Shown here: piece after piece, positions 38,751 to 51,700 of the stretch
Position numbering within the stretch: position 1 is the stretch's first letter
How the letters are laid out: every line of letters begins with the position of its first letter
NCBI RefSeq assembly: GCF_037042905.1
Contig: NC_087252.1
Location: 9,240,001-9,304,000 of the forward strand
Reading direction: 5' to 3'
DNA length: 64,000 nt
From: Lytechinus pictus
Taxonomy: Eukaryota
Translations under genes and position numbers: made by a program
The notes under the pieces: generated by a model
The model's database searches: none
What the model was told of the DNA's origin: nothing
Seen by the model: only the letters and a program-made list of their open reading frames with translations

Positions 38751-39842
38751 GTTTGCTCCCATCAATTACCAATCCTGTTCATGATTACCAAAAGTGCCTA
38801 GAAAGTCCTAATTTTAGATCAGAATATAAAAACAAATTCATCCTACTATTCGCATTAATTGTTTAGTAAGGTGGCGATCCTGTTCATGGTAAGATAAGTG
38901 CTTAGAATGTCTGACTTTGTATCAAAATATATAGATTTTTATTCAGCTCGCGCTTCGCGCTCGCATAAACTGTTTTGTTACTGATCATCCTTTTCATGAT
39001 AACCGAAAATGCTTACTCAAATGTCCAAATTTTAGGTAAGAATATGAAAAAAATTTCATCTCGCTCTTTGCGGACGCATCAATGTTTATTTAGATGACAA
39101 TCCTGTTCATGATTACCAAAAGTGCTTAGAATGTCCAAATTTTAGGTCAAAATATCAATCACTTTTTAAGCTCGCGCTTCGCACTCGCACAAATTTACGA
39201 GGTCAGAATATCAAAAAATTTGAACTCGCGCTTAGCGCTCGCATTAATTATTTAGCTATATACCCATCCTGTTCATGGTTATAAAAAGTGCTTATGATGT
39301 CCAGTGTTGGATTGGGAATTCAAAAATTGTCAGTTCGCACTTCGTGATCGCATAAAATGTTGATAGATACCCATCCTGTTCTTGATTGCCAAAAGTGCTC
39401 ATAGATTCCCCCCCCCCAAATTTTAGGTCAGAATATAAAAAAAATTCAGCTCACGTTTCGCGCTCGTATCAATAATAATTGTTTAAATAATTCATATACA
39501 TATCATGTTCACGGTTGCAAAAAGCGTAGAATGTTTGATCGGAAAACAGATGAAAATATCCCCCTCCCCTATTGGCGAAAGCTGGATCTAGCCCCGGTTA
39601 AGAAATTACAGCTCCCGCACATAATTTTAGTATGGTCTACCACTCTGATGAAAAGTTGAACTAAATTGAAACCCCAAAACGCTTAAAAATTTTATGCTTT
39701 CTGGTCGCATTTATTCTTTTCAAGAAGTGGATACAACTTTGATCTTTTTTACATGGACACGTTACAAAAAATGGTCTTCGATTGCCTTTTTCACGTGGTT
39801 GTGGAATAAGACAATTCAAAATGCATTTAGGCACTTTGATTG

Positions 39843-42035
39843 CCTGAGTGGTCGGGTCGGGGTGCAATTTTCCGAAAAGTTCACAGGGGCGCAAAAATAG
39901 TGACCCCCTCGTGGTGCAAAATCCTGGATATGCGCATGTCCGTCGGGCATCGTTTCCACTTTTGTACCTCTTTATCTATACCGGTGTGATACTATATAAG
40001 TCCATGGATCAGATCAGTTTACTTCCATTTCGTCTGATGCCAAATCGTCAAATTGCCAACTCGCCTACTATCATTAAAGTCTACCATAATTATGCTCATC
40101 CACTATCGTCTAGTAACCAGTTGGTCCAATAGCCATTTAGTCCATATACCATTTGGTCTAATTGGACAACGTGCTATTGTGCAAAATGAATGAAAATGAA
40201 TTGGATACTGGACCAAATAGACGACTTGGTTATTTAACAATGGACCTACTAGGCAACTAAATTGAACTTGTCCGAGTGTGCCATAACACCTAAACTGCAT
40301 GCTTTCTCATATCCGATACCCCCCCCCCCTCCCCCGCCGCCCCAAGAAAGGGAAGGGGGGCATGGAGGAGAGAGAAGAAAGAAAGAAAGAAGTAGATTGT
40401 TGAAAGGGAATCAAAAGAATATGAATCAGAGGGAATGTAAACGCAATATAATACTCTGTTTGAATCGCTTCTCTTTCATGGAATTTATATTTTGAATAGA
40501 TCGTTTCATTTCAGTCTTTCTCATTATTTTACTTTCAACCCTGTATTTCATCAGCTTTACTATCAAAAGCCTGCGTAGCGAATTACAAAACGTCCCATCA
40601 TTGTTTCACCACCCATGACATTACGTAATTATCATTTTATTATTATCATGTAATGAAATTCATACTGTGTTTACACGCTGCATCTGCTGTCAGTTTGACT
40701 ACCTTGTAAATATTTATTTACAAGGTAAAGCTTATTTCCAAGGTAATATTTATTTACAAGGTAAAGCCTATTTCCCCACTGGAAAATAGCTTTAGAGCTT
40801 TCGTGGGTCATCCTGTGTAAGCCTGTTGTTTTTAATGCTACTGTATATATATTATGGTGACTTGCGAAATAAAATCAATCAATCAATATTTTTTGACGAT
40901 ATCCAGTTGAAATCAATGGCGTTCAAAATAATGGGGAAGGATTGGGGCTATATGGATTCCCAAATTTGTCACGGCCAATACAAACAGAGAGCGAGAAGGG
41001 GAACTAATATCTGAATATTATGTCAAAATCTATCACCGATAAAAAATGATTTGTGCCCGACACATATATCTGGCCCCTTAATTCATATTTTTTACGCCAA
41101 TGGTTGTATTCATGAAAAGTTCAAGCATGGTTCCTAACATCTTTCTGTATTTTTCACGTGATTATGAAATACGATAATTCAAACTGCATTTACGGCACCT
41201 ATGATTCCCTGGCTGGGCGGGTCGGGGTGCCATTTTACGAAAAGTTCAGAGGGGCGCCAAAATAGTCAGGCTCAATCCTGGATACGCACATGTCCGTTGG
41301 GCATCGTTTCCAACATTGTACCTCCTTATCTATACCGGCGTGATAATAGGCGCTAAGTCCATGGATCGGATCGGTTTACTTTTATTTCGTCCGATGCCAA
41401 ATCGTCCAATTGCCAACTCGTCTAATATCATTTGGTCTACCATCAGTTCGTTCACTATCCACATGGCCTATGTACATACATGCCATTCCGTCTGATAACC
41501 AGTTGATCCAGTTGAATATATATCGTTTCAGCCTTTCTCATTATTTTACTGCATAGCGAATTACAAAACGTCCTATCCTCGTTTCTGCTAACTGCACAAG
41601 ACATTATTTATAATTTTATTATTATCATATGCAATGAAATTTATACTGTTTTACACGCTGCGTCGGCTGCCCACTTGACTACCTTGTATTCAGTTGAAAT
41701 CGGTGGCGTTCAAAATAAGGCTTAGGGCTATATGGATTCCCAAATTTGTCACGCCCCCCCCCCAAAAAAAAAGGAAAGAGAGAAGGAAAACTATTATCTG
41801 AATACCGGGTCTGAATATCATGTCAAAATCTATCGTAGATTACAAAAAAAAATCAAGATTTGTGCCCTATATGCCCTTCATATTTATTTATGTTCATTAT
41901 TTACGCCACTGGTTGAAATTAAATACAACTGAAAACATTTTCCCTTTTTATCATTGCATTATACATCATGAATAGTGAAAGCATGGAGCTATATGGTGAA
42001 AGCATGTTCATAACATCTTTCTGTATTTTTCGCTG
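39843..42035. repeat. Diverged tandem duplication (unit ~1.36 kb; second copy has deletions)
   Basis: 39843-40130 matches 41208-41510; 40500-41150 matches 41520-42030. Confidence 0.75.
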
Positions 42036-45000
42036 TTTATACAATTCCTAAACTCAGGTTTTGTGTATTCCTTATGTTCGCATTCTCAATGTTATTTTTC
42101 TCTTTAGTTCAATATTATTCTCTCCAATTAACTTTATTATGGTATGCCTTTTCAGGAAAGTATTACTTGTTTGCTTGCCCCATGACCGCTTTACCTTTTG
42201 CAGATCGGCGTGTCTCTCAGTGAGTACTCTGAAATATCTCCTTGACCCCCCCCCCCCCTGGAGTTGTAAAACACCCATAAAGGCAAAATATTATATTTTT
42301 TATCGTCAACATATTTGCATCACATCACCATAAAGTAAATACATCAGAATAAGCGTATACCCATTGAACCTCGCCAGAAGGGGCTTGCAAAAAATTTCAT
42401 TTTTTTCGAAAGTCATCACCACCACTATGCACGATTGGCCTTTCATACCAACTGATAGCCAAAATAGTTGAACCATATTCCAACACTTTCTATATACGAT
42501 CAATACGATCGCCTTGACTGATTTGCTACAGGCATGCAGCACCCCCTGGAATTATGGTAGGTGTCAAATTGGAGAAATGTATGGAATATGACCAACATTT
42601 CGTGTCAGAACCTTTCTTATGTTTTTATTTTGCTTTGTTAAATTTTCTTCAGCACGTAACCCCAGCAAAAATAAATCCTGAGTGTGAACTGAGCACATTT
42701 CTTTTCTCAACCATCAAAATGATTATCATATTATTTTCCCAATCAGTTGTAAAATGTCGAAACGCCGGAATCTCCTTGGTCCCAACCCCACGGGCAATCC
42801 CAATATGAAAAAATACACTTCCTCTGCTATAAAACAACAGTTATCATTCCCTTTTTCCTTTATATATAACAGGGAAATGGGAGTTCCACTTCCCGGTTAA
42901 TTCCACTTTCATTGCTAAATAAGTCAATCAAGATGCGAGTGATGTTTTTGTCCTGATCGTGTCGCCACGCTCCACAGTCATTCAGATTTTTTCAACAGTT
43001 GAACTGCTCGTGCACACACTGTATGCGTAGGCCTATCTGCCTCTCATTTGTTGCAATAAAAGTTCATCTTTCCATCTGTATTTTTTGGTTTATTGTTTAT
43101 TTAATAAGGGTTAGCTAATTCAACAAAAGCTCCCATGGGGCGCCCCTATCTATTACTTTGTCATTGGTATCCATGTCTATCCATTCTTGGGCCATCGGAT
43201 GATCCATTCATATATGCCTATTCCTCCATCTTTTCATTCTTTCAGTCATCCATCCATCCACCGATGAATTGATTATAGGCTACCTCACCCTCCCCCACTG
43301 GAGAAATGCTCTGCGACCAAATCTCTGGAAATCCTATTGATACACGTTGAAAGCCGACGTAAATTACTAGTACATGTGCAATCCCCTCGGACGTTGCTTC
43401 TCCAAGTTTGCTTAGTCTTCTTTTACGTACTTCGTTGCCCTGTTTCCCACTGCGTGACTTGTAAAGTTCTGTTGTAAAACATGCTGGTCGCCCCCTTGAT
43501 CGGCTCTGCACTGAAATTCACCCCTCTGCATACGTATATAGAGTGGTTCTACCGTAGATCATAGCGCCGTGCAATATTATATATATACTCAACTTCTCCT
43601 TATTCCATATCTAGGTATCTTGGGTGGCTGCAAGAATAAGAGTTTTCCGAGAAATCTTGCCCATTACGTCTGCCCCCCGGTTTTTTTTTTTTTTTTTTTT
43701 TTCTCATGACGCCTGTAAAGATTGACCAAATAACACTTTATTCGAAATTTGCAACTGCATTGGTCGCATACACACACTACAAAGGTCTACATGATGTAGA
43801 CTACGCTACGTACATACTTTGCATCAACGGGTTTCTCCGCTCACCTTTTGACCTCGCAAGTTCAGTCTAAACAAACGAATAATAATCAAGTTGTGTTGCA
43901 TTGCACCTACTTTCATGTCAATAATGTGTGTCCTCATTGTCCTATCAACTTGATTTATCTTCCTTTTATGTTTTATTATTCTGTTTCCCGCCCTGAAAAT
44001 TGTTTTTCTCTTCGCCCTTCCCTTTCTTCATACTCGGCCCTAGACAGAATGGGGGTGGTCGTCTATTTAGAGTTTTAAACCACTTTTGTTTTAGCTTTTT
44101 ATCAAACTTTTCCTCTGTAATTGGTGTGTGGAGCCAAATAATCTGAAACTGACTGAAACGCTATAGAATATATGATATCATGATTTTAGGAAAGATCAAC
44201 GATTTAAAAATATACAAAAAATTAGGGTATGTTGTGTTCACATTCTTTTTTTGATCGTTCTCCCTATTCTCCTTCACCGATCCACTTCTTTCTTTCTTCT
44301 CTCTCCTCCCTCCCTCTTCCCTTTGGGGAGGGCCATGGAGTCAGTATAGTAAGCTATCGCCTCGCTCTGAGACCGATTTCCCGTACCTAGTACGCCAAGC
44401 TATGTGGAGGGAACTGAAAGGGTGCATAAAGAGCTACGATCCGACATTAAAAAAAATCAAACTCGGCCCTTGCCTTCTCCGGGATTCCTCGTATCTCTTT
44501 TAGTCTTTGGAGTACATTCAGATTCATGACATACAATCCCTACAGTAAGCCGTATTGCGTAGTCATTCACGTCCGCTCATCAACGTGTCTGAAGTTTCAT
44601 GTAGGGCATGCTCGTATGTCTTTGGTATATATACAGTGTGTATGTGCTGCAGGACGATTTTTATTGATTGGACAAACCAAAGGGGCAAACCCTATCGGAC
44701 CGTACCCCCGCCCGTGCGCCGCCCGCACACACAACGAATACACACACGCCCTCCACTGATTCACTTACCCCCAGTGATTCAACTAACACAGTGATTCACT
44801 TTACCCATTGATTTACTTTCCCCGGCTATTCAGGGGTGTGTGTATGCATGTTATGGGGATGTAGTGTGTTGTGTGTTCGGCAGTCCAGGAGGTGGACTTC
44901 AGTATCAGCAGCCAGTGGCCGCCTAACAATCGGCGCATTGTGCATGCAGCGTCCCGTGCATGACTTCCACCCTGCTCTCGCTACGCGTTTAGCATTCGTC

Positions 45001-45603
45001 GATAATGCGCCATGACGTATTTATGAATATCCACGATGTTATAATGAATATGCATGAATCAAACGGCGTTCTAATATCAATTTATTTTCTAACTCGAGAG
45101 GGCGGAAACAAATTGAATAGGTTAACCGATCCCTATAATATATATTTCACCCCTCAATATCACCAAAACAGAAGAGTTATACCAATTTCTGTTGAGTGCT
45201 TAAGTAGAGCATTGATATAGATATTTAATGAAAAAAATATATTCACAATTGATTCACTGCCCTTGTCTGATATGAACCAATCATACACTATACCTTTAAG
45301 AAGAAAAGTAATGTTAGACTCTGGAACAAATATGACGAGGCGTTTACTGGAAGTTAGCAAAATGTGGGCTGCGGGTGTCGATCGTATTTTGATACACTAT
45401 GGAAATCGTACACTTTATTGTCGGCTGCTTGCGCTCGCATGGTCGCATCCGGACAACAGCGGGGCTATTGCCCCCTTTGCGATCCCATGATCCTTTGCGT
45501 GAATCTATTTGCGATAATGTCTATTGCAGTTGATAAGTCCGTCGATAATTCATCATAAACTAAAGGAACACAGGTCAGATTCGGACAACGACTTCAAAGT
45601 CAT

Positions 45604-45606
45604 ACC

Positions 45607-45666
<60 letters not shown>

Positions 45667-45674
45667 CCCTAACC

Positions 45675-45742
<68 letters not shown>

Positions 45743-45745
45743 TAA
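45604..45745 (-). repeat. Interstitial telomeric repeat (TTAGGG)n
   Basis: About 23 CCCTAA units with several CCCTAAA variants; absent from the paralogous site at 15007-15018. Confidence 0.95.
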
Positions 45746-48237
45746 GCCGGCTAAACAGTAAGTATGATAACAATTTTCGTTGATATTGTTTTCGGAGTTA
45801 GTGGCTCGGCCAGATTTTCTTAGAATGTTACTGTTACTGCCACGACCACTGCCATGCACTTTACCATCACTGCCCCGTTGGCGCGGGCCGGGACCCGCCT
45901 GGCTCTGGCGATATGGATGGGGTGCGTTATGCTTTGTATTGGCTGAGGTGAGGTGAGCCGAGCATTGAGTAGTAATTCGCTCGTATGGCCTGATATTATT
46001 ATTGTCACTTTTTTACAAACCATCTCTGAATACCGGTATGAATTTATGAATGAATGAATTCTTAAATTAATGCTGTACAGTGCAGTAGGCCTACTGTCAT
46101 GACATTGACTGTCAATGTCAATTAGGCCATTGGTTACTGCACAACGTTTTTTTCACTGAAATGGAAACCTTGCCGAAAAATATTGCTCTGGAATGAGGCC
46201 TATAATTTGTTGTTGTTGGTAGATAATTTTGGTAAATTTAAGATGTCATGGACATGGTAGTATTCAGGGGAAACATGGTAAGGTGTCCTAAATTTTAAAA
46301 CATGATAACGTAAAGGCTAGGCAGGCCCTAAAATTCTCCTAACACTTATTGCGCATGCAATTTCAATGGTAAAATGTGCACTTTGTGTGCGGAACTGTGA
46401 CTGGAGAGAGTGACAAACGATTCCTATTCAATTTTTCTAGAGAGGCTACAATAATTATTCAGAGAAATCCTACAACTGTTTGGAATTATAACATTTTAGA
46501 AATTGAGGCAGAGAAATATTACATGATAAATCAAAAAGTGTTCTGAAAACATGGCAGGATTTTGGTCTTAGTGAGTTATGTAATATTTTCTTCTTGGATA
46601 AGGTTTTTGAGAATATTTACCACATATTGATACGATATAATTTGTTCAAATATAAAAATTGGCATAGTTTTTGACGTTTGTAAACAAAATGCGTAGTTTA
46701 CATGTATGATGTATCCCCCCCCCCCCCCTCCAAAAAAAAGGGCCTCTACGTATCTGAACTCAGCCATGCCAGCTGACTAAAATCACAATTCCTGAATTTT
46801 TTTCTTGGGATTTTTCCGTGGGATTCAGTGCTAATTTCGCACCGACCAACTTCGAGCAAAATACCCCAATAAATATTGTTCTCAAATGTCATAGCAAGTC
46901 TGAATTGCATTTGAATGTCCATATGCCCACCGCTTTTCCAAATATTGGGAACAGCTGTATATCGGCTTCGATCTCTACGTCATTGTTTGAATCCTCATGC
47001 GTTGCTTTGCCGTAATTTTGATATGGACTTAAGTTCGTAACCAAATCATTCAAACTGCCGCGGGCAAATCTTTTGGTCACTAACTTCAGTCCTTATAAAT
47101 TATGGCGAAGCCAACTAAAGTGATGTCTGACTGAGAGTTTGAACGATAACAATGTTGGGACCCGGAAAGTTTAGCAAAAAAAATCCGGGTCCTGGATTAG
47201 CCCGGAAATCGGAGCCACCGCTCAACACCATTGCTGCAGCCCTAATAAAAACCTTGCCCCTTTAATCCCGAATGCACTTTCGTATCCTGCAATGTTAGTG
47301 AACTAATTTAACCTTAATATTTGTCCGAATCAATTCACTGAGCATCAGGAACATCTTTATTCCGGCTTCCACCATGATTTCATCGTTCGAATTATCAGAT
47401 TTAGGGTCTCACTCCACCGTATACTTATTTGGATATTTGCTGAAGTTAGCGATTACAACGCGAAAACATGAAGTCAACAGTGTTGCTGCCCTCTGCGTTC
47501 GTTTGGCAAAATCTAAGAATTTTAACTAAGACATCGAGATCAAAGCTAAAATAATGCTGTTTCCACTGCTCAAAGTGGCTGAAATTAATGTAACGGATCA
47601 ATTATTTATTTGAGAAAATAGATGAGCTTGGTTCATGAATAGTGGTAAATGGTAACATTATCTCGGTGTTTATTTGGTATTTTTTCGGAGACATAACAGC
47701 TTCTGATCTTCGCTGTTTTAGTTCTTAACCCGGACCGGCTTGGCAAGGGGAAAATCCCCCCCCCCCAACTCGCTGGTCTCCGAATTCCACCCTGGCATGG
47801 CTTCCACCATTACGATAACGTCGAGAATGGAGCCAAGATACCGCCGTTCCAGATCGTGATGCTTGGAAAAGTGGTGAGCACACTGTGTATTGAACTCGAA
47901 TTGTGTGTCGACAATTTCTGGTGGAAAATTTCGCTCGAAGTTGGCTGGTGTGAAACTGCATTAGTGCGGGAGGATAATCTGAGATCCTTTCAGAGGGCTA
48001 GGCATATCCATTTTTAAAGCTAATTATATATTTTTTTAAATTAAGTTTTTCCTGTGATAACTTTTAACTGCGTTTATTTACTGATCAAAACTTGCCCAAA
48101 ATGATGTCTAGAATTCACCCACTGGCATATGATTGCCCAGGGATGGATCCTGGATTTTTCAAGGGGGGGGGGACACATTTTCCCAAGGAAACTTTAACAA
48201 GCACAAAAAAACGATCTTTACTTGTCTATTAGGCAAT

Positions 48238-48662
48238 TACCGTGTTTATACTTTATCAGCTTTTGGTTTATCTTGCACTGCGTTAACACGCTGTTACAGC
48301 TTGCAGTGCAAAATCGGCTCACGTGTCAAGACCATGAATTAATACGAACATCAACAATATACGTCATAATAAAGACAACGCTGGATCCGTGCACTTACAA
48401 TTACGTCACAATGGTAAAGTAAATGAAATGCGCACCGATTGGCAATGCAGAATAAGTTTTCTGTTACACATAGTAAATAAAGTCTATTCTGCATCAGCTC
48501 GCAGTTCTGAACCTACTACTTTGGTGGTGCAAATTGCCGATTCTGTACCGCGAGCCGATGCAGGTTAATCGTGTTTACACCCTATGAAAAAGCCGATGCT
48601 GCATCGGCTCGCAGTTCAGAACCACAAGCCGATGCAAAAGCCGATTAGGTGTAAACACGGTA
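48238..48662. mobile_element. Palindromic MITE (left-truncated paralog at ~16334-16778)
   Basis: TIR TACCGTGTTTA(T/C)AC / GTGTAAACACGGTA, with internal GCATCGGCTCGC repeats. Confidence 0.65.
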
Positions 48663-48734
48663 TATATTTCCATTGGAAATATTGGCTGTAACTTTCAAAA
48701 GGAGGGACACTCTTGTGTAAAGACGCCATATTTA

Positions 48735-51700
48735 TGGTAGTGTGACCTTAATTCGCGCATTTCCTAATTTTGCGCACGGGCAAATACCTTAATATCTAAT
48801 TAATATTTTGAAAAACTGATATCACCAACAAAAAGAGTGACTTAAAATTACCCAGCATAGTTAATTTTTTGAAGGTAAGGTCTCTATTAATGAAGAAATT
48901 TGCAAAACATCGGCAAATGTTGTTACCTTTTGCGTCCGCTCCGAGAAAATCCGACCTTCAATTCAATTCAATTCAATTTATTTGGCAAATTAAAACAATC
49001 AAGAAGTTACAAATTAAACAAATACATAAATAAGAATGAGCCAGGACCTCTGAAAAAGCATCCCGTGCTTATATTTGAGGCCCTTAATGACAAATTAATA
49101 CAATGAAATATAAAAATAACATTAAGTTAACTTTGTTTAAAAATAAAAGTATTAGCTAAAGGCCTGCACACCATACCTATAAAAAAAACCACATACACCC
49201 GCAAACACACATTGCAATATAAGAATTAGGAAAGTGAGAAAGAATAATTAGATAAGAGAGGAATAATAGAATCATAGTAAGAGTGAGAATAGAGGATAAA
49301 TTGAAGAGGAAGAAAAGGAGTCTACTCAGCCAAGGATAATTTTTCAAAAATTGATCGTTTCAGTAATAATCTGAAACGAGAGAGTGTTGAACATGACTTT
49401 AAAATTGTTGCATAGTGAGTTCCATTCATGAACACCTGTGTACCGAATAGAATGAGTTTGCATTGTTAAGTGAGTAAAAGGAACACAAAGATTATTTCGC
49501 ATACGTGTGTGGTAACTATGGAAGAAACAATTGGTTTTAAACATATTATTAAATATTTTTGGTAGAATTCCTTTGTGGTACTTAAACATAAAGACAGATA
49601 TATTTAGTTTTACAAGATCATATAAAGGAATAATTTTTAGATTAAGAAATAATGGTAGACTGGGACTACAAAAGTCACTCTTTGATATTAATCTTAGTGC
49701 TCTTTTCTGTAAAATATAAAGTTTCTCTATATTAGTCTTATACGTTTTACCCCATATCTCATTACAATAGTTAAGATGTGGCAAGATTATAGCATTATAA
49801 ATGTTAACTAATATTTTACCAGGTAAGCAGTACCTAAGTTTTGATAAAACACCAATACTTCTTGAAAGCTTAGAACAAATATTATTAATATGATACTTCC
49901 AGTCAAGTGACTCATGAACCAATACACCTAAAAAACTTAATGACTCATTTCTAGAAATAACAGTGTTGTCAATTTTTATTGGCTCTGTATTCAATGGAAT
50001 TTTTTTACGCTTAGAATGAAAAATAATATACTTTGTTTTCTTAAAATTCAAGACAAGTTTGTTACATACAAACCAGTCATTCAACATGTTCAATTCTTTG
50101 TTCATTGTAGCTGTAAGAGAAAAAAATATTGTTATGTGAACCAAAAACAACAGTATCATCAGCAAAGAGTGAAAATTTCAATAAATTAGAAGATTTCATA
50201 ATATCATTAACATATATTAAAAATAGGAGGGGCCCGAGCACGGAACCTTGTGGTATACCTAAATCAACATCTAATTTAACAGATTCAACACCATCGACCA
50301 CCACAAATTGTTTTCTATTTAATAAGTAACTTTCAAACCATTGTAAAGGTAAACCTCTGATTCCATATAGACTTAATTTTTTTAAAAGAATGTGATGGTC
50401 GATGGTGTCAAATGCTTTTGACAGGTCCATAAAAACTCCACAACAAAAGTTGCCTTTCTCTATTTCATTTAAAATATAATCAGAAAAACATATCACACTT
50501 AAAGGCGTGGAATAATTCTTCCGAAAACCAAACTGTTCCTGTATTAAAATGTCCTTTTTAGTAAGAAAATCAGTTAGTCTGTTAAACATTAGTCTTTCAA
50601 GTAATTTGGCAAAAATTGGAAGGAGTGCAACAGGTCTATAATTTTCAATATAATCTGGATTTTCCTTTTTAAACAATGGCACAACCTTTGCTATTTTTAG
50701 TTTTTCAGGCACTAAACCAGTACTCAGAGACATATTAAAAATATTACATAACGGCAGAGCAATATAATGTATACATTCTTTAATTATTTTTGGTGATATA
50801 CCATCAGATCCATTAGCCTTTGAAGATTTAATGAAGGAAGACATTTGAATTAATTCGTGAACAGTTGCAGGTTTAATAAAGAATGATTCAGGAGTTCGGA
50901 ATGAAAAATAATCTTGAAAAGAGTGCGAAGAATTTGATATTGACTTTGACAATTTTTACCAATATTAACAAAATAAGAATTGAATTGATTTGCTATATCG
51001 AACTTGGATGAAAATTTCACATTTTCAAGATACATTTGCTTTGGTAATGCATGATGTTTTTTATTACCTAATATATCATTAATATGTCTCCAAGTTTTCT
51101 TCATATCACCTTGGATTGATGAAAAGATATCGTTGTAATATTTATATTTGGAATAACGAATAATACTTATAAGCTTATTTTTGTAGTTCTTATATTTCAT
51201 AACATGATGAGAATTTGTATTTTTTAGACTTATTTTATACAACCTATTCTTACGACTTATGGATTTAAGTATGCCCTTAGTAATCCATGGTTTCTTAAAT
51301 TTAGACAAATTTTGTTTATTACAAATTGTCTGAAGTGGAAAACATGAATCATATGCATAAGAAAATTTTTCAAAAAAAATATTGTACATTTCATTAACAT
51401 TAGCACAGTTTTCAGTACAAGACCAATCAATATTTTTCATTTTTTCTTTAAATGACAGTATATTTGCATCATTAATTAATCTCTTTTTAATTTTGTTTCT
51501 TTGGTGGTAGTTATGTTTTATTGTTTCATTTTTCACGATAGAAAATATTGGAAAGTGATCGGAAATATCATCATATATGATTCCACTGTCGATCTTTTTG
51601 TCAAGTGAGTTAGTATAAATATTATCAATTAGAGAAGCCCTATTTGCTGATATACGAGTCGGTTTTGTTATCAAAGGATACATGTTGAAAGTATGCATCA

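Larger units (their letters stand above)
34205..45295. mobile_element. 11-kb Kolobok-like element, decayed
   Basis: TTAA on both sides. Imperfect TIR AGGTAAATTGTGACATTGGTTTATTTCA versus (reverse complement) AGGTATAGTGTATGATTGGTTCATATCA. Its removal reconstitutes a splice acceptor. Confidence 0.65.
27391..45522. mobile_element. TIR element with AT TSD (ISL2EU-like); ~2-kb core expanded to 18 kb
   Basis: AT|AGACCTTATCGCAAATAG ... CTATTTGCGATAATGTCT|AT, plus an inverted subterminal match (GGATCACAGGATGCGAAAGGGGG / CCCCCTTTGCGATCCCATGATCC). It interrupts sequence that is contiguous in copy 1 at ~14926. Confidence 0.75.

Noticed and set aside
45604..45745. Chromosome end or fusion site
   Set aside because: The tract has a single orientation, and both flanks are contiguous in the paralogous copy.
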